This document shows positions 17,583 through 25,950 of a stretch of DNA of 64,000 nt, in pieces (positions within the stretch are counted from its first letter, which is position 1; every line of letters begins with the position of its first letter). This stretch comes from a virus. The translations under genes and the position numbers were made by a program. The notes beneath the pieces are model-generated. The model ran no database searches. It saw only the letters and a program-made list of their open reading frames with translations, and had not been told where the DNA came from. The DNA lies in IMG/VR virus record IMGVR_UViG_3300010885_054390, positions 16,255-80,254 of that record. The stretch is one strand, 5' to 3'.

Positions 17583-17840
17583 ATGAGCAAAACATTACTT
17601 GGCCGAGAGTTTAAAAACATCCCGACTGGCGACCTAGTCAAGCTAGTGCATGACAAGCATCAGGAGCTTAACAAGTACCCGAACAGCACCCGCATTCGAA
17701 TGGAGTTTAACTTCTCAACGCAAGAGCTGTGGAAGCGAGGCTGGAAACTCGAATACGTTACGACCCTTAAACTGCACCCGCCCCGCAAGGAACGCAGCGA
17801 AAGGTTTGTGACGTTTAAACAAAAGGAGGCCGTGGCATGA
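17583..17840 (+). CDS. hypothetical protein
   Basis: ORF in operon. Confidence 0.6.
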   Translation: MSKTLLGREFKNIPTGDLVKLVHDKHQELNKYPNSTRIRMEFNFSTQELWKRGWKLEYVTTLKLHPPRKERSERFVTFKQKEAVA

Positions 17841-18238
17841 ACAGCAAAGACTTCAACCTAAAGTTTCGAAAGGAAATCCAGACCCTCAACTTCGTATACC
17901 GAAGCACGTTCTTTGTTCACTGGTTCCTTCGCAGGTTCATCTTCGAAGGCGTCTTCGCGGGGAACGCTGACTTTAACGGCAACTCCGTAAGCGTAATCAG
18001 CGTGCCCGTTTTAAGGTTTTTCCTAGCCGACCTCGAGCGTCTTGTCATAAACTTGCACGACGAGATAGCTCGCATGAACAACTCACTCCCAAAGAAAATG
18101 CGTATACCTTTGAAGCTCCCCATCTACGAGAGCTACGCCAAGCTCAAGGCAAAGTCCGAGGCGAAGGCACGGCGGAACTCCAAAGTTTTAGTATCGTTTA
18201 ACCATGAGACCAGCGACGGAACAGGCATGAATGACTGA
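17837..18238 (+). CDS. hypothetical protein
   Basis: AGGAGG RBS; ATGA overlap. Confidence 0.6.
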   Translation: MNSKDFNLKFRKEIQTLNFVYRSTFFVHWFLRRFIFEGVFAGNADFNGNSVSVISVPVLRFFLADLERLVINLHDEIARMNNSLPKKMRIPLKLPIYESYAKLKAKSEAKARRNSKVLVSFNHETSDGTGMND

Positions 18239-18500
18239 CCTCGAACCTATCCCCTCGAGAAAGAGATGCCCCTCCTGCCAGCAGGAAACACTGGAAGGCG
18301 GAATAATAGACGACTACGTTGCCAACATCCGAGGCTTTGAGATCGTAATCCGAAACATAGAAAGAGACCGATGCTCTAACTGCGGGGAGCAGTGCTACGC
18401 TTGGAGCCAATGCCTCAAGATCGACCAAGCAATCAGAGACGCTAGGAAAGCGGGGGTACGGCACGACATCGGGCTGTACGACTTTCGTTTGGACGACTAA
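18231..18500 (+). CDS. YgiT/MqsA-type zinc-finger protein (no HTH)
   Basis: CPSC...IVIRNI....CSNCGE. Confidence 0.65.
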   Translation: MTDLEPIPSRKRCPSCQQETLEGGIIDDYVANIRGFEIVIRNIERDRCSNCGEQCYAWSQCLKIDQAIRDARKAGVRHDIGLYDFRLDD

Positions 18501-18544
18501 AAATAATCGTTGTCCTTTGCAGAATACGTGATAGTAATCGATTC

Positions 18545-18742
18545 ATGGCACAGCACAAACACTACGAAGTAAGGGTTCCTCGGAGCCACGTTGAAGTCCA
18601 CAAGGTTGTGGCGGAAGACGAAGCACACGCCAAGCGTTGTGTGCTGAACGGCGAGTCGCAAGACGTAAACGTTGAGCTTGCCCCCTACAAGTCCGCCGAC
18701 GAAACCAGCACCTCCGATTGGTCAGTATCCGAAGTATTGTGA
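18545..18742 (+). CDS. hypothetical protein
   Basis: 65-aa ORF with V.AEDE..A motif. Confidence 0.55.
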   Translation: MAQHKHYEVRVPRSHVEVHKVVAEDEAHAKRCVLNGESQDVNVELAPYKSADETSTSDWSVSEVL

Positions 18743-18980
18743 AGCAACTTCGTTTGGAGTTCTGCGAAAGCCTAAAGTGCTGGGTTGTTAAAAACGGCAA
18801 GTGGCGTTTTGGGCACAGAGTATTTAGAGATAAAGCCAAAGCCGAAAAGTTTCTCAAAGAAATTACCCTTAAAAAATAACTCCGCTGCTGCGTTTAGACG
18901 CTGTTTCTTTGGCATCCCGAAACAAGTTTTGCTCAAAAATCAACCGCAAGTCTTTGTGTATCAATTTAAAACCCTCGAAA

Positions 18981-19010
18981 TGTCACCGAAACACGGGCGA
19001 CCTCAACCTA
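18981..19010 (+). promoter_or_regulatory. bipartite promoter-like motif, copy 6
   Basis: TGTCACC-N15-TCAACCTA; ATG follows after a 6-nt gap. Confidence 0.75.
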
Positions 19011-19016
19011 TGTGGC

Positions 19017-19301
19017 ATGGCAACCGAAGGTAAACTAAAGTCCGCAAGGCTCGCCGAGACCACCCGCTCTATGGCCAAGCTAATTCAACTCGCCCTAGTT
19101 CGCCTTGGGGCTGACCCCAGTGCCCTTGTCGCAAGAAAGACTGACCTTCGAGGCTCGAAGGGCGGGCTCACCTTCGGCGAGCTCATGTACTGGTTAGCCT
19201 TTTCAATAAATGCCCTCGAGTTTAAATGCAAAAAGATTTTACCAGCAAACGAAGCCATACAAAGAATCCAGAGATGGAAGAAAGTGAAAACAATACTATG
19301 A
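19017..19301 (+). CDS. hypothetical basic protein
   Basis: ATG 19017 directly after motif copy 6. Confidence 0.55.
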   Translation: MATEGKLKSARLAETTRSMAKLIQLALVRLGADPSALVARKTDLRGSKGGLTFGELMYWLAFSINALEFKCKKILPANEAIQRIQRWKKVKTIL

Positions 19302-19615
19302 AAACAGCACACGCAACCGCAGAAGAACAACAAGCACAGAATATACTTGATATGCAAAAGGCAAGCCAGTTCCTCAACTGCCATCGGGGACGCTACATCA
19401 TCGGACGGGCTCTCTACGAGACGTACCAAAAGGTGAAGGACGAGGAGCCCTCGGACGCAGCGGACATGAAGTTTCTCGGGGAGACTTTGTTCCAAATCGG
19501 CTGGCTCTCCGCCTTTGTGATGAAGGATAGAAACGTCATCAAGCAACAAATGGATAGCATTCGCAAGCACCTCAAAACAGCGGGGAAACGGAAAACTAAA
19601 ATTGGAAAGGCATAA
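19298..19615 (+). CDS. hypothetical protein
   Basis: ATGA overlap. Confidence 0.6.
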   Translation: MKTAHATAEEQQAQNILDMQKASQFLNCHRGRYIIGRALYETYQKVKDEEPSDAADMKFLGETLFQIGWLSAFVMKDRNVIKQQMDSIRKHLKTAGKRKTKIGKA

Positions 19616-19619
19616 TTTT

Positions 19620-19865
19620 ATGGTACCTAAATTAGACTTGCTGAAAGAAGCCTGCGGACACTACCTTTCCTCTTGGACTGGAACCAAGACTGGCGAGGAG
19701 ATTCTTGAGGCCGTTACCAAGGGCAACTCGGAGGTAGAGGTTTGGCAACCCTTCGAAAACTGGTCGCCCGAAAACTTGGCCGAACAGATCGAAGTTACCG
19801 CAGAATCACTCACCAACCTCTACAAAGAAGCCTATGAACATGGAAAGGAGTCCGCAACCAAATGA
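19620..19865 (+). CDS. hypothetical protein
   Basis: ORF in operon. Confidence 0.55.
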   Translation: MVPKLDLLKEACGHYLSSWTGTKTGEEILEAVTKGNSEVEVWQPFENWSPENLAEQIEVTAESLTNLYKEAYEHGKESATK

Positions 19866-20131
19866 ATAAAGCGATCTTACTATTACTAGCCATCGGAGCC
19901 TCGGCGAAAGCAAACCCGCCGACCATTATCGGGCAGGGCGGAGAATACTTGGGCACACTATCCGCTAACCCCTTTGAGCCCTCGAGCACATCTAATCCCT
20001 ACGGATTATATGGGAGCGAATACAGCCCAGTCAGCTTGAGTGACCCCTTCGGAGCCTTCGGGAGCCCCTACAGCACCGAGTCCGCTACCAACGAATACTT
20101 GGTCAGCGAAACATTGGAGCTCGATAAATGA
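19862..20131 (+). CDS. secreted protein with (N/D)P(Y/F)G..GS.YS repeats
   Basis: Signal peptide ending ASAKA; NPYGLYGSEYS and DPFGAFGSPYS repeats. Confidence 0.65.
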   Translation: MNKAILLLLAIGASAKANPPTIIGQGGEYLGTLSANPFEPSSTSNPYGLYGSEYSPVSLSDPFGAFGSPYSTESATNEYLVSETLELDK

Positions 20132-20559
20132 AGGGTAAAAAAACGAAGCTCGAAGCAATTCTAGTTGACCCCGTTGAAAGAAGCATAAGCCTTGTTCCGC
20201 ATGGCGAGGACTTGGACGAGGTGTATGCAACCATAGGCTGCGATACCATCTGTGCCACACAAATGCCGTTTAACCACACAATGTTCTTGGACGACAACGG
20301 ACTTTGCCGACCCTTGAAAGAGATTAACCAACGTGGCCTCTTTTATATGGATGGAGCAAAACAGCCCTTCGCGGGCAAGGGACTGATTTTTCATTCCACC
20401 GCTGACGGAGGATTGGAATCGTGCTTCCTGCTTGTCGAGCAAGTGGAAGAGTTGATTCGTTGGAGGCCGAAGAGCCAACCAATGACAGAATCCGAGAAAC
20501 GGATTGCAACTCAAATACAAATCATCCCCTTTGGAGGTATTAGAAATCCTAATGAATAA
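20128..20559 (+). CDS. DUF3846-like protein
   Basis: AILVDP...IGCDTI...FLDDNGL...PFAGKGL pattern. Confidence 0.55.
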   Translation: MKGKKTKLEAILVDPVERSISLVPHGEDLDEVYATIGCDTICATQMPFNHTMFLDDNGLCRPLKEINQRGLFYMDGAKQPFAGKGLIFHSTADGGLESCFLLVEQVEELIRWRPKSQPMTESEKRIATQIQIIPFGGIRNPNE

Positions 20560-21001
20560 TAGACTACTCAAATTGAAGCGTAACTGGCTCAAAGCGGACA
20601 AAGTTGCCAAAACTCTTACCCGCAAGAAATGGGCTATCTACCGCAAGACAAGTTCTGCCTATAACAAAGTGACCTCAATAGAGAGCGCCTACCAAGACTT
20701 GTTTGTTAAAAGCCTAGTCAAAACCGAAGAGCCGACAACTTCCGATAGGCTACGTGAAATCGGGCGACTACTCACAGCTAATAAGCTGGCTTGGTCGGTT
20801 TTCCGCAAGACCGACAGCGAAAGAGGCTCTCATTATCGTATAACCATTCGAGGAAACAAAAACGTCTCGAGAATTACGAAAAGTTTTCTCGGGGTACAGC
20901 TATCCGCCTTTGCGGATGATGAAATCCAACGTTGCCTCGATGAGGAGAAGGCTACGCTCACTTACATTGTTGGAATCTATGAGGAGGTTGAAAATGAATA
21001 A
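20552..21001 (+). CDS. hypothetical protein
   Basis: ORF in operon. Confidence 0.6.
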   Translation: MNNRLLKLKRNWLKADKVAKTLTRKKWAIYRKTSSAYNKVTSIESAYQDLFVKSLVKTEEPTTSDRLREIGRLLTANKLAWSVFRKTDSERGSHYRITIRGNKNVSRITKSFLGVQLSAFADDEIQRCLDEEKATLTYIVGIYEEVENE

Positions 21002-21353
21002 TAGAGACGAATACGAAGATGATCTAAGGGAGCAGTGTAAGTGGGACGAGTTCAGGGCTAGACAACTAGACAGGGAGGACAGGGCGAATCAGACAGGCGA
21101 CTACGCCCCAAAGGACGCCGAAGGAAAAGGCTGGACTCCGTCTTACTCGGACATAGAGTGGACTAAACAGCTAATAAACAGCCTAAAAGAAGGGGGCACA
21201 TGGCTTGTCCCCGCCAACAAGTCTATTTGGACTTTTCGGCAAGAGGCCAAGGAAGCCCACCTAACATCAGGGGACGCCAATGAAGAAACAAACTCCCGCA
21301 TCAAAACAATCCTTCAAGAATACTTGGGGTACAACATCTTGGTATCTCAGTGA
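20994..21353 (+). CDS. hypothetical protein
   Basis: GAGGAGG RBS. Confidence 0.6.
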   Translation: MNNRDEYEDDLREQCKWDEFRARQLDREDRANQTGDYAPKDAEGKGWTPSYSDIEWTKQLINSLKEGGTWLVPANKSIWTFRQEAKEAHLTSGDANEETNSRIKTILQEYLGYNILVSQ

Positions 21354-21571
21354 GCAACTTAGGTTCCCCCGTACTTCTTCGGCACAAGGCCAAGGCTTGT
21401 CTCGAGGAGTCCGAGATGTCTTTGGCTCTGGAAAGCCTATCGGGTCTTCAACAGAGACACAAAATGCTGGAAGAAAACCTACAACTTACTCAGAAACTGC
21501 TTTTCAGCTACCTTTCGACCACTCGAAAGCTGGCCGAGGAGATAGCCGTCCTCCGAAAAAACAGACGATAG
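21350..21571 (+). CDS. coiled-coil hypothetical protein
   Basis: GTGA overlap; heptad pattern. Confidence 0.5.
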   Translation: MSNLGSPVLLRHKAKACLEESEMSLALESLSGLQQRHKMLEENLQLTQKLLFSYLSTTRKLAEEIAVLRKNRR

Positions 21572-21990
21572 CCTTCCTTGTTTCGCTTGTAGCCTTGCTC
21601 TTCTACCCTTCTTTTGCCACCACAAAGGAAAGCATTCCCGTAGAAGCAGTTAAACAGGTCAAAAGACCCCGGGCAGTAAAACATCGTTTAACCGTTTATT
21701 ACCCCGGGGAAGATCAATGGACTTCAAAGTGCCAAAGTTCTAGCGGGTATACCTTAAAAAATGGGGTCAGCATTGCCACCGATCAGAAGCTCTATGACTA
21801 TGGGGATAAGGTGTTTATCGAAGGCTTGGGCGAAAGGATTGTGCACGACACGGGCACAGCCGTACGCGAACGCAGAGCTAGTGGTGGCAGGTACCCGATC
21901 ATTGACGTTTTCTTTAAATCAAAGGCCGAGGCCATTCGCTTTTCGAATCAGGTAAAATACGCAAACGTCTACCTTGTTGACAATAAGTGA
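21550..21990 (+). CDS. 3D-domain (MltA-like) peptidoglycan lytic protein; start uncertain
   Basis: LTVYY...SIATD....YG.KVFIEGLGERIVHDTG.AV...IIDVFF; hydrophobic leader IAFLVSLVALLF; frame is open from 21280 but that part overlaps other genes. Confidence 0.7.
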   Translation, partial: PPKKQTIAFLVSLVALLFYPSFATTKESIPVEAVKQVKRPRAVKHRLTVYYPGEDQWTSKCQSSSGYTLKNGVSIATDQKLYDYGDKVFIEGLGERIVHDTGTAVRERRASGGRYPIIDVFFKSKAEAIRFSNQVKYANVYLVDNK

Positions 21991-22041
21991 TAGTATAAAT
22001 GCCTTGACCATTTGGAGGTTACACAGCAAAGTAATCGCCCA

Positions 22042-22824
22042 ATGACCACCATAGAGTATTACAACTCCTACGCGGACAAATTCAAATCTAGATTCCCAAC
22101 CTTATTTGAATTTTCCGCCCCACTCAATGAGCGGAATCTGCCTATGGCCAACACGGTAAATTATTTGCTTCCCAAGATAGCCCCCGAGTCTTCTTTTTTA
22201 GATGTGGGCTGCGGGTGGGGAGCCTTCTCCGATTACCTACCTTCTTCAGTAAAATATACTGGCATTGATAACTCGAAGGCCATGCTTTCTTTTGCTACAC
22301 CGAAGGAAAACGCAACCTTCATTCAAGACGACCTTCACGTCCTACCCTTCGAAGACAACAGCTTTGATTACATTCTTGCAAACGAAAGTTTAAACTACGC
22401 AAACGTTGAAAATGCCCACCGGGAAATTCACCGGGTACTGAAGCCCGAAGGAAAGTTTTACAGCAAAATGTGGTTGTTTCGAAAGCCCGCAGAAGAAGCA
22501 TTGGCATTTAATAAAAATATAGTTTCCTCAATAATCGGGATTGAAAATGATTTAAACGTCTTTGGCATTCAGGACTTGGGATTGTACCAAGAGGAGCTGA
22601 ACAAGTTTTTTAACCATAAGTCAGAAGCTCCCTTGGGATTCACCCCGCACAGCCTAGATGTTTTATCTCTTTTTAAAGTTTCTGAAGACGGCACAAAGTT
22701 GGAGTGGGAATCAAGTTTTTCAGAAGAAGAGGCCAAGGAGTTTCGCAGGACAGCCTTTAAGGTCTTTGCCCCAGTTTTTTGCGGGTGGAGTCCCGATTCG
22801 TTCTTTGTATGCACAAAAAAGTGA
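22042..22824 (+). CDS. class I SAM-dependent methyltransferase
   Basis: FLDVGCGWG, YTGID, LPFEDNSFD, EIHRVLKPEG. Confidence 0.9.
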   Translation: MTTIEYYNSYADKFKSRFPTLFEFSAPLNERNLPMANTVNYLLPKIAPESSFLDVGCGWGAFSDYLPSSVKYTGIDNSKAMLSFATPKENATFIQDDLHVLPFEDNSFDYILANESLNYANVENAHREIHRVLKPEGKFYSKMWLFRKPAEEALAFNKNIVSSIIGIENDLNVFGIQDLGLYQEELNKFFNHKSEAPLGFTPHSLDVLSLFKVSEDGTKLEWESSFSEEEAKEFRRTAFKVFAPVFCGWSPDSFFVCTKK

Positions 22825-23144
22825 AGAAAGTATATATTTCGGGGCCGATGACTGGCCTACCAAACCTTAATTACCCAGCCTTCCACAAAAGAGCCACCGA
22901 ACTTCGCGAGAAAGGCTTCTGGGTCGCCAATCCAGCAGAGCACTTCGACGGCCAACAAGACATCGACAGGAAGGTATGCCTTCGCACCGACCTGAAGGCC
23001 TTGCTTGATTGCGACTACGTAACCTTCTTAGATGGCTTTGAGACTAGCGCGGGAGCTCTCTTGGAAGCTTACGTAGCCAGAGAGTGTGGGGTTGGAGTCC
23101 TCGATAAATTTGGAGAAGTAGAGTCCATTTGTGAGCCCGTTTAA
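22821..23144 (+). CDS. DUF4406 (nucleoside 2-deoxyribosyltransferase-like) protein
   Basis: VYISGPMTGLP..NYPAF...NPAE...D...LLDCD....L.G...SAGA.LE. Confidence 0.85.
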   Translation: MKKVYISGPMTGLPNLNYPAFHKRATELREKGFWVANPAEHFDGQQDIDRKVCLRTDLKALLDCDYVTFLDGFETSAGALLEAYVARECGVGVLDKFGEVESICEPV

Positions 23145-23916
23145 ATACACACCTCCACTCGGCATCCCAACTTGCCACAAGATATTCCCTCTCGGCATAT
23201 ACGAGAATCAAGTCTCTTGCCACGCCGAAACAAAGAGCGCCATCTTACACAACTACGAGTCCGAAAAGTTTCCCGTTAAATGCTCTTCTCCCATGAAACT
23301 ACCCGACGGAAGAATTGTGCAGGCCGACATAAGCAAGTTTACGGGAGAGGCTCACGGCTTGGCCACCTTCCACAAGAACCCCCAGTACAAAGTATTCTTT
23401 TCCGAGCTTGCCTGCCACGCAAACGCCTACCTTCGTATGCTTGGGGTTGATGAGCAGAAGACCGAAATTTATGTTATGAAGAGCTGGCTGGTTATTCACG
23501 ATGACTACACCGACTCGATGCCCTTTCACGTTCACCCAGAATCAAACATCTCCTTTGTTTATTACGCCCAAACGCTTCCCTGCTCGCAGGCGATTGTTTT
23601 CCGCAATGACTCTCATCAGAACGACATATCTCCTGATATTTTTTACAGCGATGTAAACTCTTCTAACAGCCTTGTTACAGAAGAAACCTGTTTAAACAAA
23701 ACGGAGTTCCCGCTCGGTGTTCGGGAGGGTATGCTCGTCATGTTCCCCGGTTGGAGAACGAACCACGGAACACGAATGACGAAGCCCGAGGCCTTCGACA
23801 AGGATACCTTTGTCCCGAGACTTGCGATTGCAGGCGATCTAAAGGTTGTGCTGAAGCCCGACAGGCTCGCCACCATGACCTTGTCCTCGTCTCTTGAGCA
23901 TTGGGAGAAGTTGTGA
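23131..23916 (+). CDS. 2OG-Fe(II) oxygenase-like protein (TIGR02466-like)
   Basis: HVHP.S.ISFVYY, LVMFPG...HG, RLAIAG. Confidence 0.75.
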   Translation: MSPFKYTPPLGIPTCHKIFPLGIYENQVSCHAETKSAILHNYESEKFPVKCSSPMKLPDGRIVQADISKFTGEAHGLATFHKNPQYKVFFSELACHANAYLRMLGVDEQKTEIYVMKSWLVIHDDYTDSMPFHVHPESNISFVYYAQTLPCSQAIVFRNDSHQNDISPDIFYSDVNSSNSLVTEETCLNKTEFPLGVREGMLVMFPGWRTNHGTRMTKPEAFDKDTFVPRLAIAGDLKVVLKPDRLATMTLSSSLEHWEKL

Positions 23917-23918
23917 GC

Positions 23919-24473
23919 ATGAGCGTAGCTGTTGATGACTACATAAAGTCTCCCGAGATACTGAACAGCCAAGAATTTAAAGATAAAAACTTTTGGGTAG
24001 ACCCGAAGAGCTATTGGCTGCCCGTCGACTTTAAGCCGAAGACACGCAAGCAAAAGTTAGTCTTCGAGCTTTGGCGTCCTTTCATTTCTAACGAAGAAAT
24101 AAAGTTTGCTGGCTTTGAGTATTGGAGCAATGTCCTCGAAGGCGGACGCTCTCTTGACGCCCACAAAGACCGAGACGAAAAGCTATTTGAGGATACCGGA
24201 GAGAACGTCCACCCTTTGGTTGGCTCCGTTTACTACCCAATCATCGATGCAGTAGTCGGCGGTCAGCTTATGATCTACAAAGACGGCCTAGAAGCAGAGC
24301 CCACTGAGACTATCCCGCCGGTTCAAAATCGAATGGTTTTCTTCGAGGCTGGAAGACTTTGGCATAAGGTGGCTCCCGTCATCTCGGGAACACGGGCGCA
24401 TTTTGCAGTAAACGTTTGGGAAAAAGAACCTTATGGGGTCGGCAAAGAAGGTGGGATGCTTCTTGAAAATTGA
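23919..24473 (+). CDS. 2OG-Fe(II) oxygenase (prolyl-hydroxylase-like)
   Basis: HKD...GG.L...NRMVFF....WHKV.PV.SG.R. Confidence 0.8.
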   Translation: MSVAVDDYIKSPEILNSQEFKDKNFWVDPKSYWLPVDFKPKTRKQKLVFELWRPFISNEEIKFAGFEYWSNVLEGGRSLDAHKDRDEKLFEDTGENVHPLVGSVYYPIIDAVVGGQLMIYKDGLEAEPTETIPPVQNRMVFFEAGRLWHKVAPVISGTRAHFAVNVWEKEPYGVGKEGGMLLEN

Positions 24474-24544
24474 TTTTGTCGGCCTTCTTTTGCTTATTTG
24501 CCGAGCCCTTTTCTTTGCTTTATGGGTTGTCAGTTCCGTTTTTC

Positions 24545-24766
24545 TTATAGGTTTGTCGGTTTATTTTGTTCGCTGGCTACGGGATCATTGGAAAGACTTG
24601 TAGGTGCCACTAGGATCTTGGCCCCAAAGACAAACAAATTGTTTAAACGCTCTCTACGTTCCGCGCACGCCGCACAGGTTTGCAACGAAGTCCGAAACAC
24701 CATATCAATAGCCTTGGCTACTGGTTGAGCCACGACATGAACAGCGTCACCTAGTTTCAAGATCAT
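24545..24766 (-). CDS. hypothetical protein with CxxC
   Basis: LGD.V..VAQPVAKAID....CAACAERRERLN. Confidence 0.6.
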   Translation of the reverse strand: MILKLGDAVHVVAQPVAKAIDMVFRTSLQTCAACAERRERLNNLFVFGAKILVAPTSLSNDPVASEQNKPTNL

Positions 24767-25025
24767 CTACTCCATCGTTATCGGCATCTTTATACTGAAG
24801 TGGGTCTCTCGAGAAAATATTCTCCGAACGCATAAACTTTTCAATTGTTTCTGTTTCTTCTTCTGCAAATAGCCCACTTTTTCCGTTATGCTTTGGGGAG
24901 AACCATCTAACAATATCTCTAGTGAACCTTAAAGTTAGGAAGAAGACCGCCGACACAAAACCTGCAATTAAAAATGCAGCAACAATCACCAAAACAGTTC
25001 CTATGGCGAGCAGAAGATCTTTCAC
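24747..25025 (-). CDS. membrane protein
   Basis: Long N-terminal hydrophobic segment. Confidence 0.6.
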   Translation of the reverse strand: MKDLLLAIGTVLVIVAAFLIAGFVSAVFFLTLRFTRDIVRWFSPKHNGKSGLFAEEETETIEKFMRSENIFSRDPLQYKDADNDGVDDLETR

Positions 25026-25273
25026 TATTTTCCCAGCCCCCTTTTATTCCTCGAGCGGTTTGCGCTCTTCGAGGCAATCCGAAGGTTGCTTAGGGAGTTG
25101 TTTGATGTGTTGTGATCTTTGTGGTCGATGTCTTTTCCTTTAATTGCCTGCTTGCCATGCTTCTTTTCCATGACTCTACGAGCAGAGTTACGTTGGGATC
25201 TACGCTTAATCTGCTCTGGCGTACCTTGGTAGTTTTCGTACTCTTTTTTATAATTGCGTTTTCCAAGTGGCAT
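25025..25273 (-). CDS. HNH-motif small basic protein
   Basis: RNYKKEY...GKDIDHKD.N..NN..SNLR......NRSRN. Confidence 0.75.
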   Translation of the reverse strand: MPLGKRNYKKEYENYQGTPEQIKRRSQRNSARRVMEKKHGKQAIKGKDIDHKDHNTSNNSLSNLRIASKSANRSRNKRGLGK

Positions 25274-25274
25274 A

Positions 25275-25535
25275 TTAACAACTCCAAAGGACTTTTCTAG
25301 CCCAGTAATTTGCGCCCATCTTACCCTTAGTTCCGCCAATTCCACCGCTCCTAGCACAATAACTCTTACGCCGTTTTTCGCTGTGATGCTGACGATAGTC
25401 TTTCATTGAGCTATCCCCAAAATGAATTAGCTTTTCTTTCCCACCCTCGCAGGCCTTCACCATCATTTTCTTTCCCGGCCTATCGCTACGGCGAGGCTTA
25501 TTGCAGGGCATTGAAGCTTTTTTTCCGAGCGGCAT
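25275..25535 (-). CDS. DUF5754-like basic protein
   Basis: KK.MV...LIHFGD..M.DY......RRKSYCAR...ANYWARKVLW. Confidence 0.65.
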   Translation of the reverse strand: MPLGKKASMPCNKPRRSDRPGKKMMVKACEGGKEKLIHFGDSSMKDYRQHHSEKRRKSYCARSGGIGGTKGKMGANYWARKVLWSC

Positions 25536-25544
25536 ATTGACTTT

Positions 25545-25572
25545 AGTGTAAAATCGAGAATACTAGTGTCAA
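25545..25572 (-). promoter_or_regulatory. sigma70-type promoter
   Basis: TTGACA-16-TACACT on the - strand, 10 nt before ATG 25535. Confidence 0.55.
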
Positions 25573-25626
25573 TCGTGAAAGAAAAAGGACTAGGAAAAGC
25601 AAAACAAAACCCTTGCTGGAAAAACT

Positions 25627-25950
25627 ATGAAATGGTCGGTACTAAAACAAAAGCTGGCAAAACTGTCCCAAATTGCGTCCCAAAAGGCAAATCTAGAAAA
25701 TCACGAGGGCTCGGTAAAAGATCTAAATAAAGCAATCGAAGACGAGAATATCGTCGAAATACCCGAACAACTTTACGTATTCTTCCTTATGGAAAGGAAG
25801 TATCTTTTGGCTAACCTTGACGCCATGCAAAAAGTTATAGCCGCAGCCAAAAATTACAGCTCGGATGAGGTCGGGGAGTGTTGCTTTAAGGACTATATTC
25901 AGTCTTTAGATGAGCTTTACAAGTTTTATACCGAAGTCGGACTTCTCTAA
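25627..25950 (+). CDS. hypothetical protein
   Basis: 107-aa ORF convergent with the giant gene. Confidence 0.55.
   Translation: MKWSVLKQKLAKLSQIASQKANLENHEGSVKDLNKAIEDENIVEIPEQLYVFFLMERKYLLANLDAMQKVIAAAKNYSSDEVGECCFKDYIQSLDELYKFYTEVGLL

Noticed and set aside
8347-19010. Repeated motif as a CRISPR array or integron-like cassette site
   Set aside because: Copies are hundreds to thousands of bases apart, conserved only in two boxes, and no cas or integrase gene is present
21280-21549. N-terminal extension of the 3D-domain ORF
   Set aside because: Overlaps two plausible genes; the signal-like hydrophobic leader begins near 21555
21974-22035. sigma70 promoter upstream of the methyltransferase
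   Set aside because: TTGACA and TTGACC boxes are present but no good -10 box lies at 16-18 nt spacing
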